Virus record (IMG/VR): IMGVR_UViG_3300045988_146126
Strand: one strand, 5' to 3'
Origin: a virus
DNA: 43,696 bases
Shown here: positions 17,106 to 26,058 of the stretch, piece by piece
How the letters are laid out: each line of letters starts with the position of its first letter
Numbering within the stretch: the stretch's first letter is position 1
The notes under the pieces: model-generated
Told to the model about the DNA's origin: nothing
Database searches by the model: none
Seen by the model: the letters and a program-made list of their open reading frames with translations, nothing else
Translations under genes and position numbers: made by a program

Positions 17106-19541
17106 ATGGAGTATTACTTTGCAGATCGAAAATCAAACATTTTGGGTGTTGGGTCGACTGATGGCAAAGGCGAATGGCGAATTGACAACGATATAGAAAC
17201 ACAAAGTGTTGACAATCGTCCTGCGGTCGAGCTTTCTCTTGATATTCACTTCACGACTGATCAGGAACAAGCAGTCAATGAGATGGCTAAAGCAACCAAC
17301 TTCATCATGTATCAAGATGAAGAAGGCAACGGCCACCAAATGGTGATTGAATCGGTTGACCATGATTCACTAGGCCACATTCACTCAATTGTTGCCAGCG
17401 ATGCTGGTAATGATTTAATTAACGAAACCGTTGGCGCGTTCAAGGCCGACAAGCCATATACCATCGCTGACTACATCACAAGGTTTACAAATGATTCTGG
17501 CTGGGAGATTGGCATCAACGAATTTCCTGACAATGTTCGAACACTCGAGTGGACTAGTGAAGAATCATCGTTGGCTCGCATTATTGCCGTGGCAAAAGAT
17601 TTTGATGCAGTGCTTAGTTTTGGCTTTGAGTTTGTTGGAACCAACTTGGTTAAGCGTGTCATTAACATTCGGCATGAAACGGCCGGTGACAGCTTGATTT
17701 CCTTTGAAATGAATAAGGACATCAACAATATCGTCACGCATCTCGATACCTATGACATGGAAACATCTATCAAGGCTTATGGAGCGGTGCCAGAAAGTAC
17801 GAATGGATCAACTAATCAGGACCCAATCAACTTGATCGGCTACAAATGGACTGATCCAACGGGACAGTTTGTGCTTGATCAGTACGGGTTCTTGCACGAT
17901 ACCATTGCTGTGCAGAAATATTCACGTTTGTTAAGCAACAGCAACCCTAATCCAACACAGTCTGACTGGAATCGGGTTAAAACGTTTGATTCAAAATCGC
18001 AGGCGGAACTTTTGCAAGCGGCTTTGGCAGACTTGAAAAAGTATAACCACCCAAACGAAACGTACGACATTGATTTGGTTAATTCGCCATACGTACCGCT
18101 TAATCAAACCGTCCACATTGCCGATGAGAATCAACAGCTATTCCTGTCTGCCAAAGTGTTGAGCATTCAGCGCAGCCGTGCTAACCACTCTGTCAAGCTT
18201 ACTTTGGGTGAGTTCGCTCATGAAACAGTCAGCTTTGACCAACGGCTCAGCGATCTTGCCAATAAGATGGCCAACATGCCCAAGACTATTCAGTTTTATC
18301 CATGGCTTCGTTATGCCGATGATGACAAAGGCACTAACATGTCAGCGTTACCTGCTGGTAAGAAGTATATGGCAACAGTTTGGTCGAACAAGTCGTCAGT
18401 CCCGAGTGACAATCCGGCCGATTATGCTGGTAAATGGGCACTGATTAAGGGAGAGGATGGTGCTAACGGTAAACCGGGGCCTAAAGGTGCCGACGGTACC
18501 AGCAGCTATCTTCATACTGCATATGCCAATAGTATCGACGGCAAAACTGATTTTTCAGTTACAGATGCCAGCGGTAGATCTTACTTCGGGCAGTACGTTG
18601 ACGAAACGCAAGCTGACAGTACCGACCCGACACGCTACTTGTGGGCATTATTTAAAGGCGCCGATGGGCGCGATGGTAAAGACGGTAGTGACAATGTTCC
18701 GGTTGTGACGGTTGGCCCGAGTTACCCTGCTAAACCAAAGGCTGGGGACCAGCACTGGTTAACCGACGAGGACGGAAATCTTGCCGCTTTTGCCATATTT
18801 GATACCACAAGTGGTTGGGATTCAAAACCAATTGCAGCCAAAGCATTAAATGTCGAAACCTTTAATGGCATGACTTTTAATGGGGTCACTTTTAACGGAT
18901 CTACCTTTATCTCATCTTTCAACCACATCCAACCAGATGGTTTTCCAAATACGATCAGTGGGACGACAAAAATTAGTGGTGGCAGCATGGTCACGAATGC
19001 AACGCTGGATAGTAATAGCAAGCAAACGTATCAATCTAAAGTTGATCAGTTGGGGTTGGTTAGCAAGTCAATGTACGACGGTAAGGAAGTTAGTTCCGTT
19101 GATGCACGCCAAGGCATGCTCACACTAAAATCTTTGTATAATCCATCTGGGCAAGACGTCACACTTGTATCAACGTTTACGGCGGCTGATTCGGTTTTCT
19201 ATCAGCACATTGATAGTGGCCTTGAAACCAATGACGTTAGAAGTATGAAAATTGGATATTCAAGAAAAGGCCCAAATGTCACCATTGGGATTGCTTTTGA
19301 AATGAAAACTAGCAACGGGTGGGTCAAAATTGCCAACATTCGACCAGGATATAGTCCATTCAATAATGATGATGCAGCAAGATTGATCGGTAGCATGTCG
19401 TATACGGGCGCAGCCTGTGAATTGTATGTTTCAGCGGGTGGAATTTATATCATTCCATGGCGTGGGCAAGGCGCGTATGCTGGCAGCTTGAGTTTCATTA
19501 CGCGTGATGCGTATCCGATTAATGATGCGGTGGTGAATTAA
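17106..19541 (+). CDS. Tail-associated / receptor-binding baseplate protein (Tal-like, 811 aa)
   Basis: It follows Dit, with SD GGGAGG. It has collagen-like G-X-Y runs (GEDGANGKPGPKGADG and GADGRDGKDGSD) and the tandem FNGMTFNGVTFNGSTF. Confidence 0.7.
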   Translation: MEYYFADRKSNILGVGSTDGKGEWRIDNDIETQSVDNRPAVELSLDIHFTTDQEQAVNEMAKATNFIMYQDEEGNGHQMVIESVDHDSLGHIHSIVASDAGNDLINETVGAFKADKPYTIADYITRFTNDSGWEIGINEFPDNVRTLEWTSEESSLARIIAVAKDFDAVLSFGFEFVGTNLVKRVINIRHETAGDSLISFEMNKDINNIVTHLDTYDMETSIKAYGAVPESTNGSTNQDPINLIGYKWTDPTGQFVLDQYGFLHDTIAVQKYSRLLSNSNPNPTQSDWNRVKTFDSKSQAELLQAALADLKKYNHPNETYDIDLVNSPYVPLNQTVHIADENQQLFLSAKVLSIQRSRANHSVKLTLGEFAHETVSFDQRLSDLANKMANMPKTIQFYPWLRYADDDKGTNMSALPAGKKYMATVWSNKSSVPSDNPADYAGKWALIKGEDGANGKPGPKGADGTSSYLHTAYANSIDGKTDFSVTDASGRSYFGQYVDETQADSTDPTRYLWALFKGADGRDGKDGSDNVPVVTVGPSYPAKPKAGDQHWLTDEDGNLAAFAIFDTTSGWDSKPIAAKALNVETFNGMTFNGVTFNGSTFISSFNHIQPDGFPNTISGTTKISGGSMVTNATLDSNSKQTYQSKVDQLGLVSKSMYDGKEVSSVDARQGMLTLKSLYNPSGQDVTLVSTFTAADSVFYQHIDSGLETNDVRSMKIGYSRKGPNVTIGIAFEMKTSNGWVKIANIRPGYSPFNNDDAARLIGSMSYTGAACELYVSAGGIYIIPWRGQGAYAGSLSFITRDAYPINDAVVN

Positions 19542-19542
19542 G

Positions 19543-19833
19543 ATGAAGATTAAGATTTGGCTAGATGATCAAAACCGACTAACCAACTGGGCCTATGAAG
19601 CAGATGATGCTAAATTGGGCCCAACAGAGGACGGTCAACAAATCATAGAAGCAGATGACGTGTCTCAGTTTTTTGAGGGTCACGCATCTCTTGTAGACGG
19701 CAAAATCGTTGCCGATGAGGGTTATGATCCGGCTAATGATCATCCACTCCCCGGACCGTCACCTGAACAGCAGATGATTGCCGCGCTGTATGCCCGTGTG
19801 ACAAATCTTGAGGATGGTGGAAAAAATGAGTGA
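19543..19833 (+). CDS. Hypothetical tail-associated protein (96 aa)
   Basis: SD GGTGGTGA. It lies after the receptor-binding gene. Confidence 0.55.
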   Translation: MKIKIWLDDQNRLTNWAYEADDAKLGPTEDGQQIIEADDVSQFFEGHASLVDGKIVADEGYDPANDHPLPGPSPEQQMIAALYARVTNLEDGGKNE

Positions 19834-19957
19834 CTTTGAATTTTGTGGCACACTATATTCTTGGGGGTGCCCGATAGAGCAGTACGTGGGGCGGCAAATA
19901 ACGGAGGACCAATACAAACAAATTACAGGCAGTGACTATGTCGCCAGCAAAAGCTAG
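19826..19957 (+). CDS. XkdX-like small protein (43 aa; not in the ORF track)
   Basis: ATG 19826 overlaps the upstream stop. The product is MSDFEFCGTLYSWGCPIEQYVGRQITEDQYKQITGSDYVASKS, and the ITEDQYKQITG tail is typical of XkdX-family proteins found before holins. Confidence 0.55.
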   Translation: MSDFEFCGTLYSWGCPIEQYVGRQITEDQYKQITGSDYVASKS

Positions 19958-20288
19958 CGGCTATTTTTATGGAAGGAAGTATAAAGATGTGGATTTCAAG
20001 AGTTGGATAGATATGTTTGTGGAGTTGGGTGGTGGAGCTTTGTTTGGTTGGTTTGCAAGCCAATGGCGCATGCATCGAAAGCATGGAAAGGCAATTGATT
20101 CAGGCCTTGTCGGTTTGCTTCATCATGAGGTTTACATGCTGTGTAACCATCATATCGAGGTGGGGTATATCAGCACGGACGACTTGGACGATCTTAATTA
20201 CCTTTTCAGCAGCTACAAAGCACTGGGCGGTAACGGAACGGGCGAAGCGCTATATAACAAAGTTTTGCAACTTAGGATTAAAAACTGA
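19938..20288 (+). CDS. Putative membrane (holin-like) protein
   Basis: It has one hydrophobic segment (FVELGGGALFGWFASQW) and lies directly before the holin. The start is uncertain: ATG 19938, or GTG 19989 after SD GGAAGGAAG. Confidence 0.5.
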   Translation: MSPAKASGYFYGRKYKDVDFKSWIDMFVELGGGALFGWFASQWRMHRKHGKAIDSGLVGLLHHEVYMLCNHHIEVGYISTDDLDDLNYLFSSYKALGGNGTGEALYNKVLQLRIKN

Positions 20289-20302
20289 AAGGAATGTTCA
20301 GT

Positions 20303-20737
20303 ATGAAGATTAATTGGAAAGTACGAGTATTAAGCGTCAAATTCTGGCTGGCATTAGTGCCGGCAGCTTTGTTGGTTGTACAAACAGTGGCAGCGGTTTT
20401 CGGTTACAACTGGGATTTTGCCAACTTGGGCAAGGAGCTCACCGCAGTGATCAATGCAGTATTTGCACTGTTGACCATTGTGGGGGTTGCCGTTGACCCA
20501 ACCACAGAGGGCGTCAGCGACAGCCAACAGGCGTTAGCTTACCCGGCACTCATTACCACCAAGGCAGCTAAGATCAAGGCGCTAGAGGATCAGATTAAGG
20601 CACTGCAAGCGGATAAAGAGACCGATCAGGCAGCTTTAGAAGCTGCCAGGTCTGCGGCTCCCGCTGTCGCTCCGGCATCTTCAGCAGCACCAGAACCAGC
20701 ATCTGCAGCACCAGCAGCTAGTCAGGAGGCAAAATAA
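20303..20737 (+). CDS. Holin (phi-LC3/LL-H-like)
   Basis: SD GAAAGGAA lies 8 nt before ATG 20303. It has the MKINWKVR...FWLALVPAALLVVQ signature, two TM segments and an Ala/Pro-rich tail. Confidence 0.75.
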   Translation: MKINWKVRVLSVKFWLALVPAALLVVQTVAAVFGYNWDFANLGKELTAVINAVFALLTIVGVAVDPTTEGVSDSQQALAYPALITTKAAKIKALEDQIKALQADKETDQAALEAARSAAPAVAPASSAAPEPASAAPAASQEAK

Positions 20738-21858
20738 TGGTCTTACATGGTATTGATGTTGCATCTTATCAGCAGGGCATTGGCATTAGCGGCATGACCG
20801 CGGATTTCGTCATTGCAAAGGCAACCGAAGGGACAACCTATTTGAATCCGGCTTTTGCCGATCAGGTCAAGCAGACGTTGACATCAGGCAAGTTGCTTGG
20901 CGTCTATCACTTTGCAAGCGTTGGTAATGCACGGGATCAGGCCGCTTACTTTTTGAGCCAAGTCGGTGCATATGTTGGAAAGGCTGTCTTAGTGCTTGAC
21001 TTCGAAGGGCCAGCAGTAAGTCAGGGCGTTGGCTGGGCGAAGCAGTGGCTGGATTACGTCAAAGCTAAGACCGGTGTGGCACCGATGATCTACATGGGTC
21101 TTTCGGACGAAAACCGTCTTGATTGGTCAAGTGTTGCTAGCACGTATGGCTTGTGGGTTGCCCAGTACAACAATTACAATGCGGTTAATGGCTATCAGCC
21201 TCGCGATATGTATGGCAGTACACGGAACTGGCCAGATCCTGCTATTTTCCAGTACACTTCCGTGGGCAGATTGTCTGGCTGGGCTGGCAACCTTGATCTC
21301 AATGTATTCTACGGCGATCGTGCAGCATGGGCTGCTTATGCTGGTCAGGGTGCCAGCTCTCTGCCAACACCACCAGCTCCGCAACTGTCTGTTAAAAAGG
21401 TAAACGTAAGCTACGGTCTGCATGTACTCGGTGGCGGGTGGCTTGATGAAGTCACTAACTTTGGCGCTGGTGACAACGGGTTTGCTGGATTGCCAAATCA
21501 TCAGCATGATCTGCTGTACATCAAAGTTGATCATGGTAGCGTTAAGTATCGCGTTCACACAGTCAAGAGTGGTTGGCTGCCTTGGGTAACCAAAGGCAAT
21601 CGCAACGATACGGTCAACGGCTGTGCCGGTATTGCTGGTGAAGCGATTGATGGAGTTCAGATCATCTTTCTTACTCCTGCTGGTGAGTCGTACCAGCAAG
21701 CGTATTACCGCAGTCAGACGACACAACGGGCTGGCTGGCTCGGCGTTGTATGTGATGATGGCACGAGTTTGCCACAGTACACAGACACATACGCCGGCAT
21801 GTTTGGAGAACCGCTTGATCGTTTGCAAATCAGCATTAGTTCGATCAATCCGTTTTAA
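20737..21858 (+). CDS. Endolysin, GH25 muramidase with a C-terminal cell-wall-binding region
   Basis: The N-terminus HGIDVASYQ...DFVIAKATEGTTYLNP...GVYHF is the GH25 signature. ATG overlaps the holin stop. Confidence 0.9.
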   Translation: MVLHGIDVASYQQGIGISGMTADFVIAKATEGTTYLNPAFADQVKQTLTSGKLLGVYHFASVGNARDQAAYFLSQVGAYVGKAVLVLDFEGPAVSQGVGWAKQWLDYVKAKTGVAPMIYMGLSDENRLDWSSVASTYGLWVAQYNNYNAVNGYQPRDMYGSTRNWPDPAIFQYTSVGRLSGWAGNLDLNVFYGDRAAWAAYAGQGASSLPTPPAPQLSVKKVNVSYGLHVLGGGWLDEVTNFGAGDNGFAGLPNHQHDLLYIKVDHGSVKYRVHTVKSGWLPWVTKGNRNDTVNGCAGIAGEAIDGVQIIFLTPAGESYQQAYYRSQTTQRAGWLGVVCDDGTSLPQYTDTYAGMFGEPLDRLQISISSINPF

Positions 21859-21872
21859 GTACATTACAAAAA

Positions 21873-21909
21873 GTCCTCTGCTCGCTAACGCGGGTGGAGG
21901 GCTTTTTTT
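21873..21909 (+). terminator. Intrinsic terminator ending the late operon
   Basis: An 11-bp stem CCTCTGCTCGC / GCGGGTGGAGG (with G-U pairs), loop taac, followed by T7. Confidence 0.75.
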
Positions 21910-21922
21910 ACGCTCACAAAAG

Positions 21923-21951
21923 TTGACAAATAAGTAGAAAAGAGGCAATAT
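21923..21951 (+). promoter_or_regulatory. Putative sigma-70-type promoter of the post-lysin cassette
   Basis: TTGACA (21923-21928), 17-nt spacer, CAATAT (21946-21951). Confidence 0.45.
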
Positions 21952-21998
21952 GTTTACGTACACCGGTGCATGTAAACGAACGATCATGGAGGACTGTT

Positions 21999-22655
21999 AT
22001 GGATACGTTATTGTCATCCTACTTGAAGAAAACACTAGATTCCCGCATTCCGGGTTTTTTTGCTGCAGGTGTGAAACGGGGATATAGTTTAAGCGACGAA
22101 TTGAAATCTCGAGAGTCCATTTTGCAACTGTTTGAAGCCCAGAATGCTTATGGTATGCTTAGACACGTTTGTGTTGATATTGCCATTCAGAATGAAGCAA
22201 AAAGATTAGGGCTTGGCATTACCGTCGAACAAAAGCGCGTTTCAAAAAATGGATATACATATCCTGTACTATTTAATGATAACGCAGTTTTTACTCTGCA
22301 TAAGACACGCTCAAAAAAAGCAATGCCAACGAGTGCTTGGAATCGAAAAAATAGAAGTTTTCTCAATAGAGAAATTTCACTATTTGATGATTTTGATAAG
22401 CCTTATTCAGAAGAAAAAAGCGTTCCATATCTGATGGTGACGTACGGCGGCTTGAATTATAAGCTGAGCTATGTTCAAATTGGGTTACCGAATGTAGGCG
22501 CAACTCGGTGGATAGATACAGTCGATATTTCAAATGCGCTTGCAACTGTTAAACCACTTGATGTTGGTGGTAGGAAAAAGCTTAAGTTGGCGTTTAATGA
22601 TCGCGTAGAACAAATGTTAGAAGGGGAGAAGACAAATGACGGAGGCCAAGTTTAA
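21999..22655 (+). CDS. Unknown protein (218 aa), first gene of the post-lysin cassette
   Basis: SD GGAGG lies 6 nt before ATG 21999. It overlaps the next gene by 20 nt. I recognise no motif. Confidence 0.65.
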   Translation: MDTLLSSYLKKTLDSRIPGFFAAGVKRGYSLSDELKSRESILQLFEAQNAYGMLRHVCVDIAIQNEAKRLGLGITVEQKRVSKNGYTYPVLFNDNAVFTLHKTRSKKAMPTSAWNRKNRSFLNREISLFDDFDKPYSEEKSVPYLMVTYGGLNYKLSYVQIGLPNVGATRWIDTVDISNALATVKPLDVGGRKKLKLAFNDRVEQMLEGEKTNDGGQV

Positions 22656-23763
22656 TCCCGGTCAGTTGAAGAAAGCCAGACTTATGCGTGGATATACTAT
22701 GGCAGATTTAGCTAATATGACATCTGTTTCACGCCAGTCAATCAGCAAATATGAAATGGGTAATTCCACGCCGAGAGGGGAAAACTTATTTAAACTTGCA
22801 TCGGCGCTTAAGTTTCCTATTTCTTTTTTTTCAAAGCCGAATTCTGAAGTTCCAATGGGAGCGGTTTTCTTCAGAAGCCAAGCAGCTAGTACAAATAAAC
22901 TTAGAAATATGCAGACGATTCGGTTAGATTTTGCGGCAGAGATTGTTGGTTATATTTCTAGGTTTATTAAGCTGCCAAAATTGAACATACCAACTCCGCT
23001 AGAAAAACCCGTGGCTGCCATTACGGAAGAGGACATTAGGCAGATGGCAAACTCGCTTCGGACGTTATGGGCGTTAGGTAATGGGCCAATTAGTGATTTG
23101 ACCAATGCTATGGAAGCAAATGGGATAGTGGTTGCAGAAACTTCAATGCACAGTAATAAGATGGATGCTGTGTCTACTTGGGCAAATGGTCGACCACTCG
23201 TTGCACTAACTGATAATGATGAGTCCGCTGCGCGGAGAAGGTTTAACCTTGCTCATGAATTGGGACATATTTTGCTTCACTCGGCGGTCGAAAATATATT
23301 TGAGCTAGATAGTACTAAATATAAAAAAGGGCTTGAAAGGCAGGCTCATTTCTTTGCATCAAGTTTGTTGCTTCCTGACGAGAGCTTCAGTGACTTCCTA
23401 TTGTCAACCGATATCAGCGGATTTTTGGAAGCCAAGAAGTATTGGAACGTATCACTGTCGGCTCTAATTTTTAAGGCAAATACACTCCATTTATTAAATG
23501 AAAATCAATATTTGTACCTTCAAAAAAAGATTTCACGTAATCACTGGAGAAAAACCGAACCATTTGATGATCAACAAGTAAAAGAACATCCAGAGATTTT
23601 CAAATCTGCTTTAATGATGCTTTTAGAAGCAGGTATTATATCTAAAAGTCAAATTATTAGTGATTTAGGTTTTCCTGAGGAAGAATTGGAAGCTATCTTG
23701 GGAGTTAGCTTCAAAAATTCAGGAAAGATTTCAAAGAAACCAGTATTGAAAATCCTGAAATAA
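22636..23763 (+). CDS. XRE-type HTH fused to an ImmA/IrrE (M78, COG2856) Zn-peptidase domain
   Basis: The N-terminal HTH is LKKARLMRGYTMADLANMTSVSRQSISKYEMG. The central motif is FNLAHELGHILLH (HExxH), followed by the usual helical C-terminal region. Confidence 0.8.
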   Translation: MTEAKFNPGQLKKARLMRGYTMADLANMTSVSRQSISKYEMGNSTPRGENLFKLASALKFPISFFSKPNSEVPMGAVFFRSQAASTNKLRNMQTIRLDFAAEIVGYISRFIKLPKLNIPTPLEKPVAAITEEDIRQMANSLRTLWALGNGPISDLTNAMEANGIVVAETSMHSNKMDAVSTWANGRPLVALTDNDESAARRRFNLAHELGHILLHSAVENIFELDSTKYKKGLERQAHFFASSLLLPDESFSDFLLSTDISGFLEAKKYWNVSLSALIFKANTLHLLNENQYLYLQKKISRNHWRKTEPFDDQQVKEHPEIFKSALMMLLEAGIISKSQIISDLGFPEEELEAILGVSFKNSGKISKKPVLKILK

Positions 23764-24010
23764 TACCTTGAGGACTTTTTGAAGCGCCATTTTCACAATA
23801 TTATGGTACAAATGAGGAGGAAGAAACCTGTCCATTCCATTTGAAAAAGCCGACTTTGACTTTGCATCTGTTTATGCGAATGAGCAGTGTGCAAACAAAA
23901 CCACCAAGAAGGTTCCGGCATGGCAAGTTAAAAAAGATATCGATAACTTATCAAAAAACGACTAAATTAAAACAGCGGTTACTTTGCTCGCATCTGTTTA
24001 ATATTAAATA

Positions 24011-24046
24011 AGCCTCCTACCAGCAATGGCGGGAGGCTTATTTTTG
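24011..24046 (+). terminator. Intrinsic terminator
   Basis: AGCCTCC ... GGAGGCT stem followed by TATTTTTG. Confidence 0.7.
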
Positions 24047-24108
24047 TGCATAGAGTTGACAGAATCGCCACAAAAAGGCAAAAGGTTTACATACGCCGGC
24101 TTAGGTAA

Positions 24109-24141
24109 CTCTACTCGCTTACACGGGTGGAGGGCTTATTT
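24109..24141 (+). terminator. Terminator-like hairpin, paralogous to the lysin terminator
   Basis: CTCTACTCG / CGGGTGGAG stem followed by GGCTTATTTG. The arms are nearly identical to 21875-21900. Confidence 0.5.
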
Positions 24142-24171
24142 GCTTATGCAATAATATAAATATAAGTAATT

Positions 24172-24192
24172 CGTGGTGAAGTTATGGTGAAG
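24172..24192 (+). repeat. 21-nt direct repeat, copy 1 (candidate integrase arm-type site)
   Basis: CGTGGTGAAGTTATGGTGAAG, with an internal GGTGAAG doublet. It matches 24436-24456 at 20 of 21 positions. Confidence 0.4.
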
Positions 24193-24405
24193 TGAATCCG
24201 AAATTGTGAAACCTAAGAAATTGATATATAGCTATTTTTGCTTTTATACCGGCGATTTGAAACCCTATGAAATCAGTGTTCAAGCAAATCACAACAAGAA
24301 GAACATGTTCGCACTGCTTGGTCGTCCGGGTTATGAGGATATGACTAAGGAATTGAATGCGCGCCTTTAATCGCAAGGGTTTGCGCGATTTGAAATAAGG
24401 TAAAT

Positions 24406-24493
24406 AAAGAGCTCCAGAATCGTGTTGTAAAAGTCCGTGGTGAAGTTTTGGTGAAGGCTTCGGACTTATACACAGGTTCTGGAGCTCTTTTTG
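24406..24493. terminator. Bidirectional terminator / nested inverted repeat downstream of int
   Basis: A 14-bp perfect inverted repeat AAAGAGCTCCAGAA (24406-24419) / TTCTGGAGCTCTTT (24477-24490) encloses a 7-bp inverted repeat AAGTCCG / CGGACTT. T-runs lie on both sides. Confidence 0.6.
24436..24456 (+). repeat. 21-nt direct repeat, copy 2 (candidate integrase arm-type site)
   Basis: CGTGGTGAAGTTTTGGTGAAG. It lies in the loop of the int terminator hairpin. Confidence 0.4.
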
Positions 24494-24496
24494 TGT

Positions 24497-25681
24497 TCAC
24501 TGATTTAGGTATTTTTCGAATTGCTGATGATTTTCTTTCTTTTTGGCGGGAGAGATCTCTGCATATATTTGTGTAGTTGAAATATCTTTGTGACCGAGGT
24601 CGTCTTTGATGTCATCTAGGCTTAATCCTGCTTCGCGCATCAGAACAGCGTGGGTATGCCGTAAATCGTGAATGCGTATATGAGGAAGTTTAGCTCGTTT
24701 GGTGATGCGATTAAAAGCGCCAGTTGTTGCCCGAGATCGGAGCGGTTGTCCAAACTTGGCATCAGACGAATAGGTGAAGACGAATTCGTTATTGTGGTTA
24801 GTAGCAAATCTAAAACCGGAGATATTGCCTACGTTGAAATGGCGTTCATATTGCAGTTGAAGTAAGCGAGCAACACGCTCGGTCATATACTCGGTTCGAA
24901 CAGAACTGGCAGTCTTAGGTCGATCTAGTGCGATCTTTCCCTTGTTTACGCCAGTCTCGGCACGATAAATTCGTGTAGCGTTGACGGTCAAGGTATTCTT
25001 AGTGAAGTCGATGTCCGACCAACGAAGTGCCATTGCTTCGCCAACACGAAGTCCGCAGTCAATGAGCGTGACGAAGAATGGCAGCCACATTGGTTCTTTG
25101 TCTGATTCAGCCGCATCAATAAACATACTGACTTGGTCTTTTGTCCAAAAGTGCAGTTTCTTTGAGGAATCTTTTGCATAAGCGTTGAATTCCACACCAA
25201 CTGTGGGGTTCTTTTCAAGGTAGCCAATAGCAACGGCTTTTTTTAACGCGTTGTGCAACGTTCCGTTGATGAGTTTTACAGTGTTAAGAGACAAGCCATC
25301 ATTGAATAGGCTGCTGATGAACTCCTGATGTTCCTTAAGAGTGTATTTGGCTAGTCGAATATCCCCAATTTTTGGGATGATGTATTTCTTAAGATTATAT
25401 CGATAGATAATCATGGATCCCTCTTTGACATTAACCTTAAGCTTAGTGATCCACTGATTAAGATAATCAGCCATTAAAATTCTTTCAGTTTGGTAGTGAG
25501 AGTGGCCTTTGATTATTTCGGCCTCGGCTAAAGTTGCTTCTTGCTGGGCTATTTTTTCGGTTGGAAAACCGCGCCGATGAATTTTTATTTCTTTTCCTGT
25601 CTGAGGATCAACACCAGCGAATATATAGAATTCCCATGCCTTTTTGCCATCTTTTAGTTTATATGAGCTAATTGATGCCAT
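24497..25681 (-). CDS. int: Tyrosine site-specific integrase
   Basis: A 394-aa ORF. It has an SAM-like N-terminal domain and the catalytic motifs GLRVGEAMALRW, HDLRHTHAVLM and GHKDISTTQIYAE (R..HxxR..Y). Confidence 0.95.
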   Translation of the reverse strand: MASISSYKLKDGKKAWEFYIFAGVDPQTGKEIKIHRRGFPTEKIAQQEATLAEAEIIKGHSHYQTERILMADYLNQWITKLKVNVKEGSMIIYRYNLKKYIIPKIGDIRLAKYTLKEHQEFISSLFNDGLSLNTVKLINGTLHNALKKAVAIGYLEKNPTVGVEFNAYAKDSSKKLHFWTKDQVSMFIDAAESDKEPMWLPFFVTLIDCGLRVGEAMALRWSDIDFTKNTLTVNATRIYRAETGVNKGKIALDRPKTASSVRTEYMTERVARLLQLQYERHFNVGNISGFRFATNHNNEFVFTYSSDAKFGQPLRSRATTGAFNRITKRAKLPHIRIHDLRHTHAVLMREAGLSLDDIKDDLGHKDISTTQIYAEISPAKKKENHQQFEKYLNQ

Positions 25682-25851
25682 GATATCGCACTCCTTTTGA
25701 ACTCTTAGAGCTTGTAATTCAAACGTATGTTCGTTATGTCCTTAAAATAAAAGCCTCATTAAAAACAAGGCTCCGTTGATTCTAAATGGATAGATTCTTT
25801 TGGTAGACCGTTTGCAACTTTTATATTATGATTGCATGGAAAGGTGGTGGC

Positions 25852-26058
25852 ATGATGAAGGCTTTCAAAATCCAAGACGCGGTTAAACTTTATTCGTCGC
25901 TTAAAAAAACTTACGAACGTGAAGACTCTAAAATTCAGAAAATGCAAGAAGAGATTGATCGTGAAATGAAGAAAGCTTCTCTGACCACCAAACCAAGTGC
26001 GGAACACCAAGGACCTAAACGACATTTAAAAATACATAGAGATAGGCCGAATTCTTAA
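25852..26058 (+). CDS. Possible small charged protein (68 aa)
   Basis: ATG 25852 follows AAAGGTGGTGG. It is Lys/Glu-rich. It overlaps the 3' end of the convergent gene by 33 nt, so support is weak. Confidence 0.3.
   Translation: MMKAFKIQDAVKLYSSLKKTYEREDSKIQKMQEEIDREMKKASLTTKPSAEHQGPKRHLKIHRDRPNS

Noticed and set aside
21127-21987. 286-aa minus-strand ORF antisense to the endolysin gene
   Set aside because: It runs through the late terminator and the cassette promoter. It has no SD and an implausible composition, and the sense strand carries an unambiguous GH25 lysin.
24182-24376. 64-aa minus-strand ORF in the attP region
   Set aside because: It has no SD and lies in AT-rich recombination-site DNA between arm-type repeats, so it is most likely a chance ORF.
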